Assembly (NCBI GenBank): GCA_963761985.1
Contig: CAVXIT010000003.1
Span: forward strand, 55,237 to 119,236
Direction of reading: 5' to 3'
DNA length: 64,000 bases
Source of the DNA: an uncultured Acidimicrobiia bacterium
GTDB lineage: Bacteria > Actinomycetota > Acidimicrobiia > Spongiisociales > ZC4RG35
In this document: in pieces, positions 20,137-30,404 of the stretch
How the letters are laid out: each line of letters begins with the position of its first letter
How positions within the stretch are numbered: position 1 is the first letter of the stretch
Notes under the pieces: generated by a model
Told to the model about the DNA's origin: nothing
The model's database searches: none
Seen by the model: the letters and a program-made list of their open reading frames with translations, nothing else
Made by a program: the position numbers and the translations under genes

Positions 20137-20876
20137 TCGGCCTCAAGGTCAAGGACCTCTCCTTCCAATACCCCGACCGCACTCAGGTACTTAATGGGGT
20201 TAACTTTCAGATCGAGCCCGGTGAGCGAGTCGGCCTGCTAGGACCCAACGGAGCCGGGAAGACGACACTCTTGCTGCATCTCAACGGATTGCTCCGGGGT
20301 ACGGCGGGCACGATTCAGGTAGGCGACCTGACATTGAGCGACGAGGTGCTCGGCGAGGTGCGTCGTCTCGTTGGGTTCGTGTTTCAAGACTCTGATGACC
20401 AGTTATTCATGGCGACTGTGCGTGAAGATGTGGCCTTTGGGCCATTGAATTTCGGCTTCGACCGCGCCGAGGTCGAGCGACGGGTCGATGCAGCGCTAGA
20501 AGCGGTGGGTGAAACCGAGCTCGGCCCTCGGGCCCCACACCACCTCTCGGGAGGAGAAAGACGGAAGGTGGCGATAGCGACGGTGCTCTCCACCGACTCG
20601 GAGCTGCTCGTCTTGGACGAGCCGACCTCGAACCTTGACCCCTCCGGCAGGCGCGAACTCGTCAATCTTCTCTTATCGATCCCGGCCACCCAGTTGGTGG
20701 TGACCCATGACCTTCCATTTGCGCTTGAGCTCTGTCCTCGTTCTCTAATCATCGACCAAGGGAGGATCGTCGCCGACGGCGAAACGCGTCAGCTCCTCGC
20801 TGACCGAACGCTGTTGGCCCGGCACCGGCTCGAACTGCCCTACGGGTTCGACCCTGCCAACATCGCGCATCGGTGA
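20133..20876 (+). CDS. cbiO: ECF transporter ATP-binding protein CbiO
   Basis: TTG 20133 overlaps the cbiQ stop. 'GLLGPNGAGKTTLL', 'LSGGERRKVAIA', 'LLVLDEPTSNLD'. Confidence 0.85.
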   Translation: MIGLKVKDLSFQYPDRTQVLNGVNFQIEPGERVGLLGPNGAGKTTLLLHLNGLLRGTAGTIQVGDLTLSDEVLGEVRRLVGFVFQDSDDQLFMATVREDVAFGPLNFGFDRAEVERRVDAALEAVGETELGPRAPHHLSGGERRKVAIATVLSTDSELLVLDEPTSNLDPSGRRELVNLLLSIPATQLVVTHDLPFALELCPRSLIIDQGRIVADGETRQLLADRTLLARHRLELPYGFDPANIAHR

Positions 20877-22255
20877 GACCTCTCGAAACCGTGCTGGTGC
20901 TCGTCGCTGCCGCGGCGGTGGTGTTGCCAGCGGCCCTTGGCTCCCGGTCGCGCCGGGGGATCGTCTTCGGGATAGCGATAGCCGCCATCACTGCCCAGTT
21001 CATCCTGGAGGGACTCCGCTGGCAGCTGGTTCCCCTATATCTGGTCGTCATCGCAGTCGGCGTGGGCGATCTTCTCTCGATGGAGCGAGAGCTGCCGTGG
21101 TGGCGAAGAATCTCACGGGCGGCACTAGGACTAATCGGAGTTGGGATGATGACGATCCCACTCATTGCCCTCCCGGTCCCTGAGCTTCCGATTCCCGCCG
21201 GCGACCTCCCGATCGGAACCGCCACTCTCACTTTGGTCTTTCCGGATCGACCGGAGCCCTTTGGGCCGCAGCCCGATCTTCTCCCGCGCCGAATCGCGGT
21301 GCAGGTCTGGTATCCGGCCCTGGCTGATGGGGCGGATCCGTCAACCTGGACGGCGGATCTCGATCTGATCGGGCCACGCTTGTCGCGCCGTCTTGGCTAT
21401 CCGGGCTTCTTTCTCTCACATACCCGTCACACCTTGGGCCATGCCCGGGCCGGAGCAACCCCTTTGGAGGGGACTTTCCCGGTGATCCTCTACTCCCACG
21501 AGCACGGCGACTTTCGCGAGGTGGCCGTGAACCAAGTTGAGTCACTCGCCAGCCGGGGCTATTTCGTGATCGCCCCTGACCATTCCTACGCCGCGCTGGT
21601 TTCACGCCTGGTCGATGGTTCCGTTTTCGAGCTCGACCCCGAAATCATCCCCGCCACCGCCGACGAGGAGGTGCAGGCGATTCGCGCACGTCTGCTCATC
21701 GAGACGATGAGTGCCGACCTCGTCGGGATCCTCGACGCGCTCGCCGAGCCCGATGGCCCATTCGGCGACATGGCCGAGCACGCAGACCTCGGAAGCGTCG
21801 GCGCTTATGGACGCGGTGCCGGTGGCGGCGCGGCGGTCTCTTTCTGCCTGACTGATCTGCGCTGCAAAGGAGTCCTCGGATTCAATCCCTGGGTCGAGCC
21901 GATTCCGGACCGGGTGGTTGCCGCGACGACCAACCTGCCGATGCTCTTCATGCGCTCGCCTGATGCCGACGGCACCGAGAACGATGGCCGTTTGCGGGGC
22001 ATCGCCGAGCGAAACGAAGGCGTCTCCTATTGGCTCGGGGTTTCTGGAGCGGAGCCCAACGACTTCGTCGCGGCGCCTGTTTTCTCACCGCTTGGGGAAC
22101 GTCTCGGGATCAAAGGTCCGATCCCCTCAGAGCGGATCCTGAGCATCGTCGACCGTTTCCTCGCCGGCTTCTTCAATCACGCCCTGTTGGGCAGCGGTGC
22201 TGCCGCGATCGAACGCAACCCATTCTCCGAAGTAAGCCTCGAGGTCCTGGGGTAG
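20873..22255 (+). CDS. Membrane-anchored alpha/beta-hydrolase-fold protein (PAF-acetylhydrolase / dienelactone-hydrolase-like) with a degenerate nucleophile elbow
   Basis: GTGA overlap with cbiO. About 4 N-terminal TM helices. 'FPVILYSHEHGDFREVAVNQVESLASRGYFVIAPDHSY'. Where GHSxGG is expected, the sequence reads 'YGRGAGGGA'. Confidence 0.5.
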   Translation: MRPLETVLVLVAAAAVVLPAALGSRSRRGIVFGIAIAAITAQFILEGLRWQLVPLYLVVIAVGVGDLLSMERELPWWRRISRAALGLIGVGMMTIPLIALPVPELPIPAGDLPIGTATLTLVFPDRPEPFGPQPDLLPRRIAVQVWYPALADGADPSTWTADLDLIGPRLSRRLGYPGFFLSHTRHTLGHARAGATPLEGTFPVILYSHEHGDFREVAVNQVESLASRGYFVIAPDHSYAALVSRLVDGSVFELDPEIIPATADEEVQAIRARLLIETMSADLVGILDALAEPDGPFGDMAEHADLGSVGAYGRGAGGGAAVSFCLTDLRCKGVLGFNPWVEPIPDRVVAATTNLPMLFMRSPDADGTENDGRLRGIAERNEGVSYWLGVSGAEPNDFVAAPVFSPLGERLGIKGPIPSERILSIVDRFLAGFFNHALLGSGAAAIERNPFSEVSLEVLG

Positions 22256-22272
22256 AGCCCTCGATGTCACAT

Positions 22273-22315
22273 CTGTGTGCAGGAATGAACCGCCAGGGTT
22301 CACTGGTGCACACAG
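22273..22315. terminator. Bidirectional hairpin between convergent genes
   Basis: 'CTGTGTGCAggaaTGAACCgccagGGTTCActggTGCACACAG' has 9-bp and 6-bp stems. Confidence 0.5.
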
Positions 22316-22324
22316 GTCGCGCGA

Positions 22325-22909
22325 CTACTCGGGGCCGTCGAAGGTTTCGCCCAGCACTGTCTGCCCTGGTCGTTCGCCGGCCAGGACGGCGTCGATGGTG
22401 GTGCCGAGCACCAAGGCATCAGTCGGGCCAATCGCCTTGCCCACGATGATGCCGTCAGCGGCGACAAAGAAGGTCTCGGGGATGCCGAAGACGCCGTAAG
22501 CAATTGCCGCCCGGCCGTCGGGGTCGGCGAGGTAGACCGCATCGGTTGAGAAGCCGGTTTCGTTGAGAAAGGCGAGAGCGTTGTCGGCCGTGTCTTGATA
22601 CACGATCTCGACGACCGTCACCCCACTGTTCGAGAAAGCATCGGCCGTTGCAGTCAAGTCCACCTGCTCTTCGCGACAGGGGATGCACCAGGAGGCGAAG
22701 AAGTTCACAATCACCACGCGACCTTCGAGCTGGGCGGCGTCGAAGACACCCGAACCGTCGAGCAGAGGGAGGGCGAGGGAGGGAGCAGGTTGGCCGAGCA
22801 ACGGCGAAGGAACGAGGTTCGGATCGCTGCCGAACCGGTTAGAGAAGATCACGGCCAACACGACCGCACCTGCTGCAAGAAGAATCGCGCCAAGTCGGGC
22901 GAGCCTCAT
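22325..22909 (-). CDS. ccmG: Thiol:disulfide oxidoreductase CcmG/ResA (TlpA family)
   Basis: N-terminal TM anchor and 'VNFFASWCIPCREE'. ATGA overlap with ccmH. Confidence 0.8.
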   Translation of the reverse strand: MRLARLGAILLAAGAVVLAVIFSNRFGSDPNLVPSPLLGQPAPSLALPLLDGSGVFDAAQLEGRVVIVNFFASWCIPCREEQVDLTATADAFSNSGVTVVEIVYQDTADNALAFLNETGFSTDAVYLADPDGRAAIAYGVFGIPETFFVAADGIIVGKAIGPTDALVLGTTIDAVLAGERPGQTVLGETFDGPE

Positions 22910-23923
22910 GGGCAGGCTTCGCCGGCTTCGACCGCGGCAAGGTCCGTCTCCACGCGGTTACGCACTTCGTCGTCGATTCCGTCCGACGAAAGAACGGATG
23001 CAAACAAGGTCGTAGCACCGTCGGAGTCGTCTTTCCCACACCAAAGGATGCGCCCCTTGAGATAGATCGCGAAGGCGTCCTCGGGGACCAGTTCGAGACC
23101 GCGATCGATTAGCTCAATCCCGAGGTCAGCCTCCCCATTGCCGTCATAGACCATCCAGCCCAAACGGGTAAAAGCGTTGGCTGCCTCATTGGGGGCAGGC
23201 TCGTTATCGAGGACCGTCTGAAAGTGACCGAATGCCTGCTGATAGGCGCCTTCCTCGAAGTAGCGGTTAGCGAGAGCCAGTCGCATGCCGTTGATCGCAG
23301 GGTTGTCAGCGTTGGCTGCCACCACTGCCTCGAGGGTCTCGTTGGAGACGGAGTCGGGGTCGAAATCCGTCCCGGCCACGCCGGTCAGTGTCTGATCTTC
23401 GGGTCGAGCTTGTTGGAACTGACCAATGGTGGCGATGGCGATCGCACCCCCCATGACCAACACTCCCGCTCCCCAGATCCAGCGTTTTGACACAAGGGAC
23501 GAAGGCCCCGGTTTCGATTCGATCGTTGCTGTCCGAAAGCGCCGAGCCACCATTGCCGTGCCGACACCAAGTGCGAACAGGGGAGCCAGCCAGAGCCACA
23601 GGGTTGCGCCACGCGCCGGCGGGTCGAGAAGCAGAGAACCGCCGTAGGAGGCGATCAACTCGTCGATGATCTGCTGATCCGACTCGCCTTCGCCGATTCG
23701 CAGGCGAACGAGGTCCATCATGTTGCGAGCCGTCTCCGATGGCGAGTCGATGATCGCTTCGCCCTGGCAAACCGGACAGCGGATCTGGCTTCCGATCGCT
23801 TCCGCCCGATCTTCGGGCGCCGCCGGAGCCAATGCCACGAGCAAGGCAACTCCGAGCGCTAGCGCGGTCAGCGCCAGCCATGAGCCAACCCGCCCAAAGC
23901 GATGCACACGGGTGCGTGCGTTC

Positions 23924-23931
<8 letters not shown>
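22906..23931 (-). CDS. ccmH: Cytochrome c maturation protein CcmH fused to a TPR (CcmI-like) region
   Basis: 'IRCPVCQGEAIIDSPSETARNM' followed by a TM span and TPR-like repeats. Confidence 0.75.
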
Positions 23932-25942
<2,011 letters not shown>

Positions 25943-25982
25943 CTAGCTCATCACCCGCCTAATCGTCATTGGCCTAGTCGTT

Positions 25983-26390
25983 TCATTGCGTGGTGTCGGG
26001 TGGCTGGTAGTTCTCGTCGTGGCGGACGAGAGCGAGGTCAGCGTCGAACCGCCAACTGCCATCGGCACCCGGTTGCCACTGTCCTTCGACCACGACGCCA
26101 ATGCCCTCGGCAAAAAGAGGCGGGGTAGGTCCTGTCAGGACCACCTCCACGGTTTCGGCTCCATCGGTCACACTGAAATGTTTGACGTTTTCGTCGCTGG
26201 TCAGAGATCCCGCAACGACCTGCCCCCCCAGACGGAAACGCGATTGTTCCTCGGTGGCCGATCGTTGGGCGACTGCTTCGGAAGGAGTGAGGTAATAGGT
26301 GAGGTTCTCGCCGATGGTCGTGGCGACCAGGGCAATGACAGTTGCCGCCAGTAACCCGAGGGCGGGCCAGAGGAACTTGCGGTAGGGCAT
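25983..26390 (-). CDS. ccmE: Heme chaperone CcmE
   Basis: N-terminal anchor, OB-fold region 'FRLGGQVVAGS', and C-terminal 'VRHDENYQPP' (heme-binding His). Confidence 0.85.
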   Translation of the reverse strand: MPYRKFLWPALGLLAATVIALVATTIGENLTYYLTPSEAVAQRSATEEQSRFRLGGQVVAGSLTSDENVKHFSVTDGAETVEVVLTGPTPPLFAEGIGVVVEGQWQPGADGSWRFDADLALVRHDENYQPPDTTQ

Positions 26391-26393
26391 GGG

Positions 26394-26495
26394 TCAGCCG
26401 CGTCGACGGAGGCGAAACACCAGGCGCCCGAGGTACCAGACGAGCAAGCCATAAGTGAGCGCGTAAGCGATGCCCACTACCGCGGCTTCAGGCAT
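26394..26495 (-). CDS. ccmD: Heme exporter protein CcmD (33 aa); not in the supplied ORF track
   Basis: My translation is 'MPEAAVVGIAYALTYGLLVWYLGRLVFRLRRRG'. It has a single TM span, lies between ccmC and ccmE, and overlaps the ccmC stop. Confidence 0.5.
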   Translation of the reverse strand: MPEAAVVGIAYALTYGLLVWYLGRLVFRLRRRG

Positions 26496-27216
26496 CTTTC
26501 AGACCTCCGTCGGCGAGTCGTGGGGGAATGACCGCTTTGCCAGCGACCGGGCTCACCGCAGCCAACTCGGATTCCGCCTTGGCCAGGATGAGACGGGTCA
26601 CCAGCAAGCTGAGGTAGATGAGGTTGAAGGCGACGAGGTTCACGAGCAAGGCCCGCAGCATCGGGGGAGCCATGGTCGAGCCGTCGGGTCGGATGCTCTG
26701 GGTTTGGTGGAGGCTTCGAAAGAGGTTCACCGAGAAGTAGACGAGGGGAACCTGAATCACGGCGACGATCCCGAGGATCGAAGCGCGATTCGCTGCGACT
26801 ACTGGGTCATCGTTGAGCCGGCGCAACGCGAGATAGCCGCAATAGACGAGGAACATCACCGCAGTCGAGGCCATCCGCGGATCGGCCCAATCGAAGAAGA
26901 CGCCCCAAACCGGTCTTCCCCAAATCGCACCGGTCAAAAGCGCCAGGCCGGTGAATAGCACCCCGATCTCAGCCGAGGAAGCCGCGAGGCGATCCCACCG
27001 GAGTTGGCGGCTGAGCCGCCAGCCGATCGAACCGATCGCAGTCACTCCGAAAGCGAGGAACGCAAGCCAGGCGGTCGGCACATGGATGTAGAGGATGCGG
27101 GCGTAGGTCCGTTGGATCGCCTCCGGTGGCGCGGTGAGAGCCAGGTAGAGACCAATCGCGACTGCAAAGGCAGTGAGGCCGAAGAGCAGTTTGTGCCCAA
27201 CTTTGAACCTGTTCAT
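26488..27216 (-). CDS. ccmC: Heme exporter / heme-handling protein CcmC
   Basis: Starts 'MNRFKVGH' (ATG 27216). 'YIHVPTAW', and WWD-type 'WGRPVWGVFFDWADPR'. The longer 488-aa ORF upstream is a GC artefact. Confidence 0.85.
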   Translation of the reverse strand: MNRFKVGHKLLFGLTAFAVAIGLYLALTAPPEAIQRTYARILYIHVPTAWLAFLAFGVTAIGSIGWRLSRQLRWDRLAASSAEIGVLFTGLALLTGAIWGRPVWGVFFDWADPRMASTAVMFLVYCGYLALRRLNDDPVVAANRASILGIVAVIQVPLVYFSVNLFRSLHQTQSIRPDGSTMAPPMLRALLVNLVAFNLIYLSLLVTRLILAKAESELAAVSPVAGKAVIPPRLADGGLKDA

Positions 27217-27893
27217 CCGAGGGTTTCCTCGAGGGGTCTCGCGATCAGAACGCCGGCGATGATTCCGATCAGGTCTATCAGGACCAGAACCAACACCCAG
27301 GTGAGGATACCGCCCGGCCGCACTTGAATCGCTGTGGCCAACTGGCTGACCTGCCCTCCCGCCAGGACGAGTGGAACAGCGAGTGGTGCAGTAAGCAGAG
27401 CGGCGATGGCTCCGCGGGCTCGCAGCCCGGCGGTCAGGTCTGCCATCACGGTCGCGATAACCGACAGGCCCACTGCGAAGAGGATCGCACCCAAAGCGAA
27501 CCAGAGTCCGGCCGAGATCGGTGGGGGAGAGAACAAAGCGACGGTCCCCAGAAATGTTGCCGTCATCAGACCGAGGAGCAGGGCGAGATTGGCGAAGAAC
27601 CGACCAACAAAAGCCGAGGCGGGATCGATGCCGGCCAGGCGAACCTGGTCGGACATCGAACTCACTTCGCCTGCTGCCTGACGCCAAGCGACCTGCATCC
27701 CAAAGAGGAGCGAGATCATCCAGAAGGCGGGAAACCCCACCCGCGAGGTGGTTGCCTGATCGATTCCGAGCGCAATCGGCAGCATGAGCAGAGCCGCCAG
27801 CGCAAATGGGAGGACAAGGCCGGCAACCTCTGCCGCGCGACGTTCTACCTGCAGTTGCTGGCGGAAGATCAGGAGAATGTGTGCGAGCTTCAA
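27213..27893 (-). CDS. ccmB: Heme exporter membrane protein CcmB
   Basis: TTG 27893 overlaps the ccmA stop (TTGA). 'LKLAHILLIFRQQLQVERR' followed by 6 TM spans. Confidence 0.75.
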   Translation of the reverse strand: MKLAHILLIFRQQLQVERRAAEVAGLVLPFALAALLMLPIALGIDQATTSRVGFPAFWMISLLFGMQVAWRQAAGEVSSMSDQVRLAGIDPASAFVGRFFANLALLLGLMTATFLGTVALFSPPPISAGLWFALGAILFAVGLSVIATVMADLTAGLRARGAIAALLTAPLAVPLVLAGGQVSQLATAIQVRPGGILTWVLVLVLIDLIGIIAGVLIARPLEETLG

Positions 27894-28585
27894 CGAAGCA
27901 CGCCTTCTTCGAGGGTGAGAACCCGTGTCGCCAGGTCGGCGAAGGTGGAGGCATCGTGGGAGACGAAAACGGCTGCCCCCTCGCGGTCCAAGCACCTTCG
28001 CACAGCTGCCCTCACTAGCGGTCGAGCTTCATGATCGAGGCCATCGGTCGGCTCGTCGAGCAGCAGCAACTCCGGCTCGAGCATCAGGATTCGTCCGAGG
28101 TCGGCGCGCCGCAACATGCCGGTTGAGCAATCGGCCGCCCTCCGATCCCTGGCCCCGTTCAATCCCACGGTGTTTAGGGCGGATTCAGCCGATTCGGGCG
28201 ACCGCCTGTGCAGCGAAGCATGGAAGCGGAGGTTGTCGACCAAGGTCAGTTCGGGGGCGAGTGCCGGTTGATGACCGAGGAGGCCGATCCGCGGCCTAAC
28301 CACGCGGACCTGTGAGCTTCCTAACTCAGCTCCGAGCACCTTCCCCTCGCCTCCGTCTGGTCGTCGTAGCGTTGCCAGCACCCGGAGCAAGGTGGTCTTA
28401 CCCGAACCATTGGGACCAGAGATGCCCACGCATTCGCCCGCGGCCACCTCCAGGGTGGCCAATGACAGGATTGGAGTGGAGCCCGACCGGATAGCGACGT
28501 CGCGCAGTTCGATCAATGCCCGGCCAATAAAAGTCTGGGGCGCCACGGGACCAAAGCTACATTCGAGGGGTGGAGCGCTACACAA
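27890..28585 (-). CDS. ccmA: Heme ABC exporter ATP-binding protein CcmA (true start probably internal to avoid overlapping pyk)
   Basis: 'GISGPNGSGKTTLLRVL', 'CSTGMLRRADLGRIL', 'LLLLDEPTDGLD'. Confidence 0.8.
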   Translation of the reverse strand: MCSAPPLECSFGPVAPQTFIGRALIELRDVAIRSGSTPILSLATLEVAAGECVGISGPNGSGKTTLLRVLATLRRPDGGEGKVLGAELGSSQVRVVRPRIGLLGHQPALAPELTLVDNLRFHASLHRRSPESAESALNTVGLNGARDRRAADCSTGMLRRADLGRILMLEPELLLLDEPTDGLDHEARPLVRAAVRRCLDREGAAVFVSHDASTFADLATRVLTLEEGVLR

Positions 28586-30030
28586 AGATCGTCGCGACCA
28601 TGGGCCCGGCCGTTTCCAGCCCCGAAGCGGTCAAGAGTCTCATCGAGGCCGGAGTCGACGTCGCCCGTCTCAACTTCTCCCACGGCGACCACGAAGTTCA
28701 TAAACAGTTCGCCGAATGGGTCCGTTCCGCAGCCGCGGCGACCGGGCGGAACGTGGCGATATTGCAGGATGTGCAGGGCCCCAAACTGCGGGTAGGGACA
28801 TTTCCGGAGGGGAGCATCGTGCTCGAGCAGGGTTCGACCGTGCGGTGTTATCCGGGTCGGATGCTGGCGGAGAACCGTGACCAGATCTTCATCGATTATC
28901 CGTATCTGCTCGAAGACGTTGAGGTCGGAGAGGATCTCTTGCTTGCCGACGGGCTCATCCATCTCATCGCTACTGCCAAGAAGGAGGATCATCTCGAGGC
29001 GAGGGTCATCGTCGGTGGGCCATTGGGCAACGGCAAGGGAGTGGCCTTCCCCCGCACCAACTTGCGCATGGCGGCAATCACCGAGAAGGACGAGCTCGAC
29101 CTGAAATTCGGGGTCGAGCTGGGGGTCGACTGGGTGGCCGCTTCCTTCGTGCGCAACGCCAGTGACGTTCGCCGGGTGAAGGAGTTAGCCGGATCGGCTC
29201 CGGTCATCGCCAAGATCGAACTCGCCGCGGCTTATGAGAATCTCGACGAGATCCTCAATGAAGCAGACGGCGTGATGGTGGCACGCGGGGACCTCGGGGT
29301 TCAGCTTCCGCTCGAGCGCATTCCCCTGATTCAGGCTGACATTCTCCGGCGGGCAAACGAAGCCGGAGCAGTGACGATCACTGCCACCGAGATGCTCGAA
29401 TCGATGACGCGTTCCTCGCGGCCCACGCGTGCCGAGGTGACCGACGTCGCCACCGCCGTGCTCGCCGGCACCGATGCAGTCATGCTGTCGGCCGAGACCG
29501 CAGCCGGAGCTCATCCGCGGGAGGCGGTGGAGGCGATGGCCCGTATATGTGCCACGGTTGAGAGCGAAACGTCTCAAAACACCGTCGTCCAGTCTTACCT
29601 CAGCCAGCAAGCGGCGGTGGCCTCGGCGGTGGCCCAGGCAGCAGTCGAAGTAGCCGCCAATCTGTCCTGTGACACGATCGTGGCCTTCACCGAGTCCGGG
29701 TCAACGGCGCGTCTGCTCTCGAAATACCGGCCCAATGCTCGCATCGTCGGGTTCACTCCTGTCGAGACCACCCGTCGCCGAATGGCCCTGTACCGGGGAG
29801 TCGCCGCCTACCCGTTCGAGCGTCGGGACTACACCGATCACATGATTGCCGCGGCGGAGAAGTTTCTCGAGAAAGAGAAGCTCTCCAAACGCGGCGACAT
29901 GGTGGTGATGGTCGCAGGGATACCGCCCAACCGGCAGGCGGCGACCAACCTGCTCAAGATCCACGTGATCGGCGAACGAGACGGGGGAGTGGTCTCGCAG
30001 AAGTCCGGCCGAATGTCCCCGGAGAAATAG
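28570..30030 (+). CDS. pyk: Pyruvate kinase
   Basis: 'TKIVATMGPA', 'ARLNFSHGDHE', 'ILQDVQGPKLRVG', 'VMVARGDLGVQLP'. Confidence 0.9.
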   Translation: MERYTKIVATMGPAVSSPEAVKSLIEAGVDVARLNFSHGDHEVHKQFAEWVRSAAAATGRNVAILQDVQGPKLRVGTFPEGSIVLEQGSTVRCYPGRMLAENRDQIFIDYPYLLEDVEVGEDLLLADGLIHLIATAKKEDHLEARVIVGGPLGNGKGVAFPRTNLRMAAITEKDELDLKFGVELGVDWVAASFVRNASDVRRVKELAGSAPVIAKIELAAAYENLDEILNEADGVMVARGDLGVQLPLERIPLIQADILRRANEAGAVTITATEMLESMTRSSRPTRAEVTDVATAVLAGTDAVMLSAETAAGAHPREAVEAMARICATVESETSQNTVVQSYLSQQAAVASAVAQAAVEVAANLSCDTIVAFTESGSTARLLSKYRPNARIVGFTPVETTRRRMALYRGVAAYPFERRDYTDHMIAAAEKFLEKEKLSKRGDMVVMVAGIPPNRQAATNLLKIHVIGERDGGVVSQKSGRMSPEK

Positions 30031-30033
30031 ACG

Positions 30034-30059
30034 ATCAGAGTCAGATGTCAGATGTCAGA
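30034..30059. repeat. Heptad-phased TCAGA array (site B, forward orientation)
   Basis: 'aTCAGAgTCAGAtgTCAGAtgTCAGAa'. The last unit contains the stop codon of the small minus-strand ORF. Confidence 0.7.
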
Positions 30060-30363
30060 ACGGAGATCGAGCGTCGGGGTAGAAGCGGAAGAAGCTTGAG
30101 ATGGTGTGGGTCGCCTTAGATGTGGACGAATCGTCCCACCCGCCCTTGCGTCGCAAAGCGACCGTGTTCGACATCACATAAATGTGATTGATCTCCGGAT
30201 CGACTTCGAACAGGCGGACGGCGAGCTGGCCGGGGAACGTAGCTGGGTTCTCAGGCGCCGCCGAATACGTCTCGCCGTCTTGTCCGGAAAATGACCTGTC
30301 CGCGTTGACCATGAGCACGTCATCGACCCGCGAATAGTCGACTATGCCGATCGTTTGACCCAT
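30055..30363 (-). CDS. Small hypothetical protein (102 aa) bracketed by inverted TCAGA arrays
   Basis: From ATG 30363: 'MGQTIGIVDYSRVDDVLMVNADRSF...EINHIYVMSNTVALRRKGGWDD...'. There is a vague Nfu/NifU-N-like flavour only. The upstream part of the 166-aa ORF looks non-coding. Confidence 0.45.
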   Translation of the reverse strand: MGQTIGIVDYSRVDDVLMVNADRSFSGQDGETYSAAPENPATFPGQLAVRLFEVDPEINHIYVMSNTVALRRKGGWDDSSTSKATHTISSFFRFYPDARSPF

Positions 30364-30373
30364 GGAACGATCG

Positions 30374-30402
30374 TATCTGATATCTGACGTCTGATGTCTG
30401 AC
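30374..30402. repeat. Heptad-phased TCAGA array (site C, inverted orientation)
   Basis: 'taTCTGAtaTCTGAcgTCTGAtgTCTGAca' has four TCTGA units at 7-bp phase. It lies between the small-ORF start (30363) and the VanW stop (30405). Confidence 0.7.
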
Positions 30403-30404
30403 AT

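Noticed and set aside
27217-27954. N-terminal 246 codons of the 488-aa ORF 26488..27954 (would extend ccmC)
   Set aside because: The extension overlaps ccmB in another frame and is Arg/Pro-rich. CcmC homology begins at 'MNRFKVGH' (ATG 27216).
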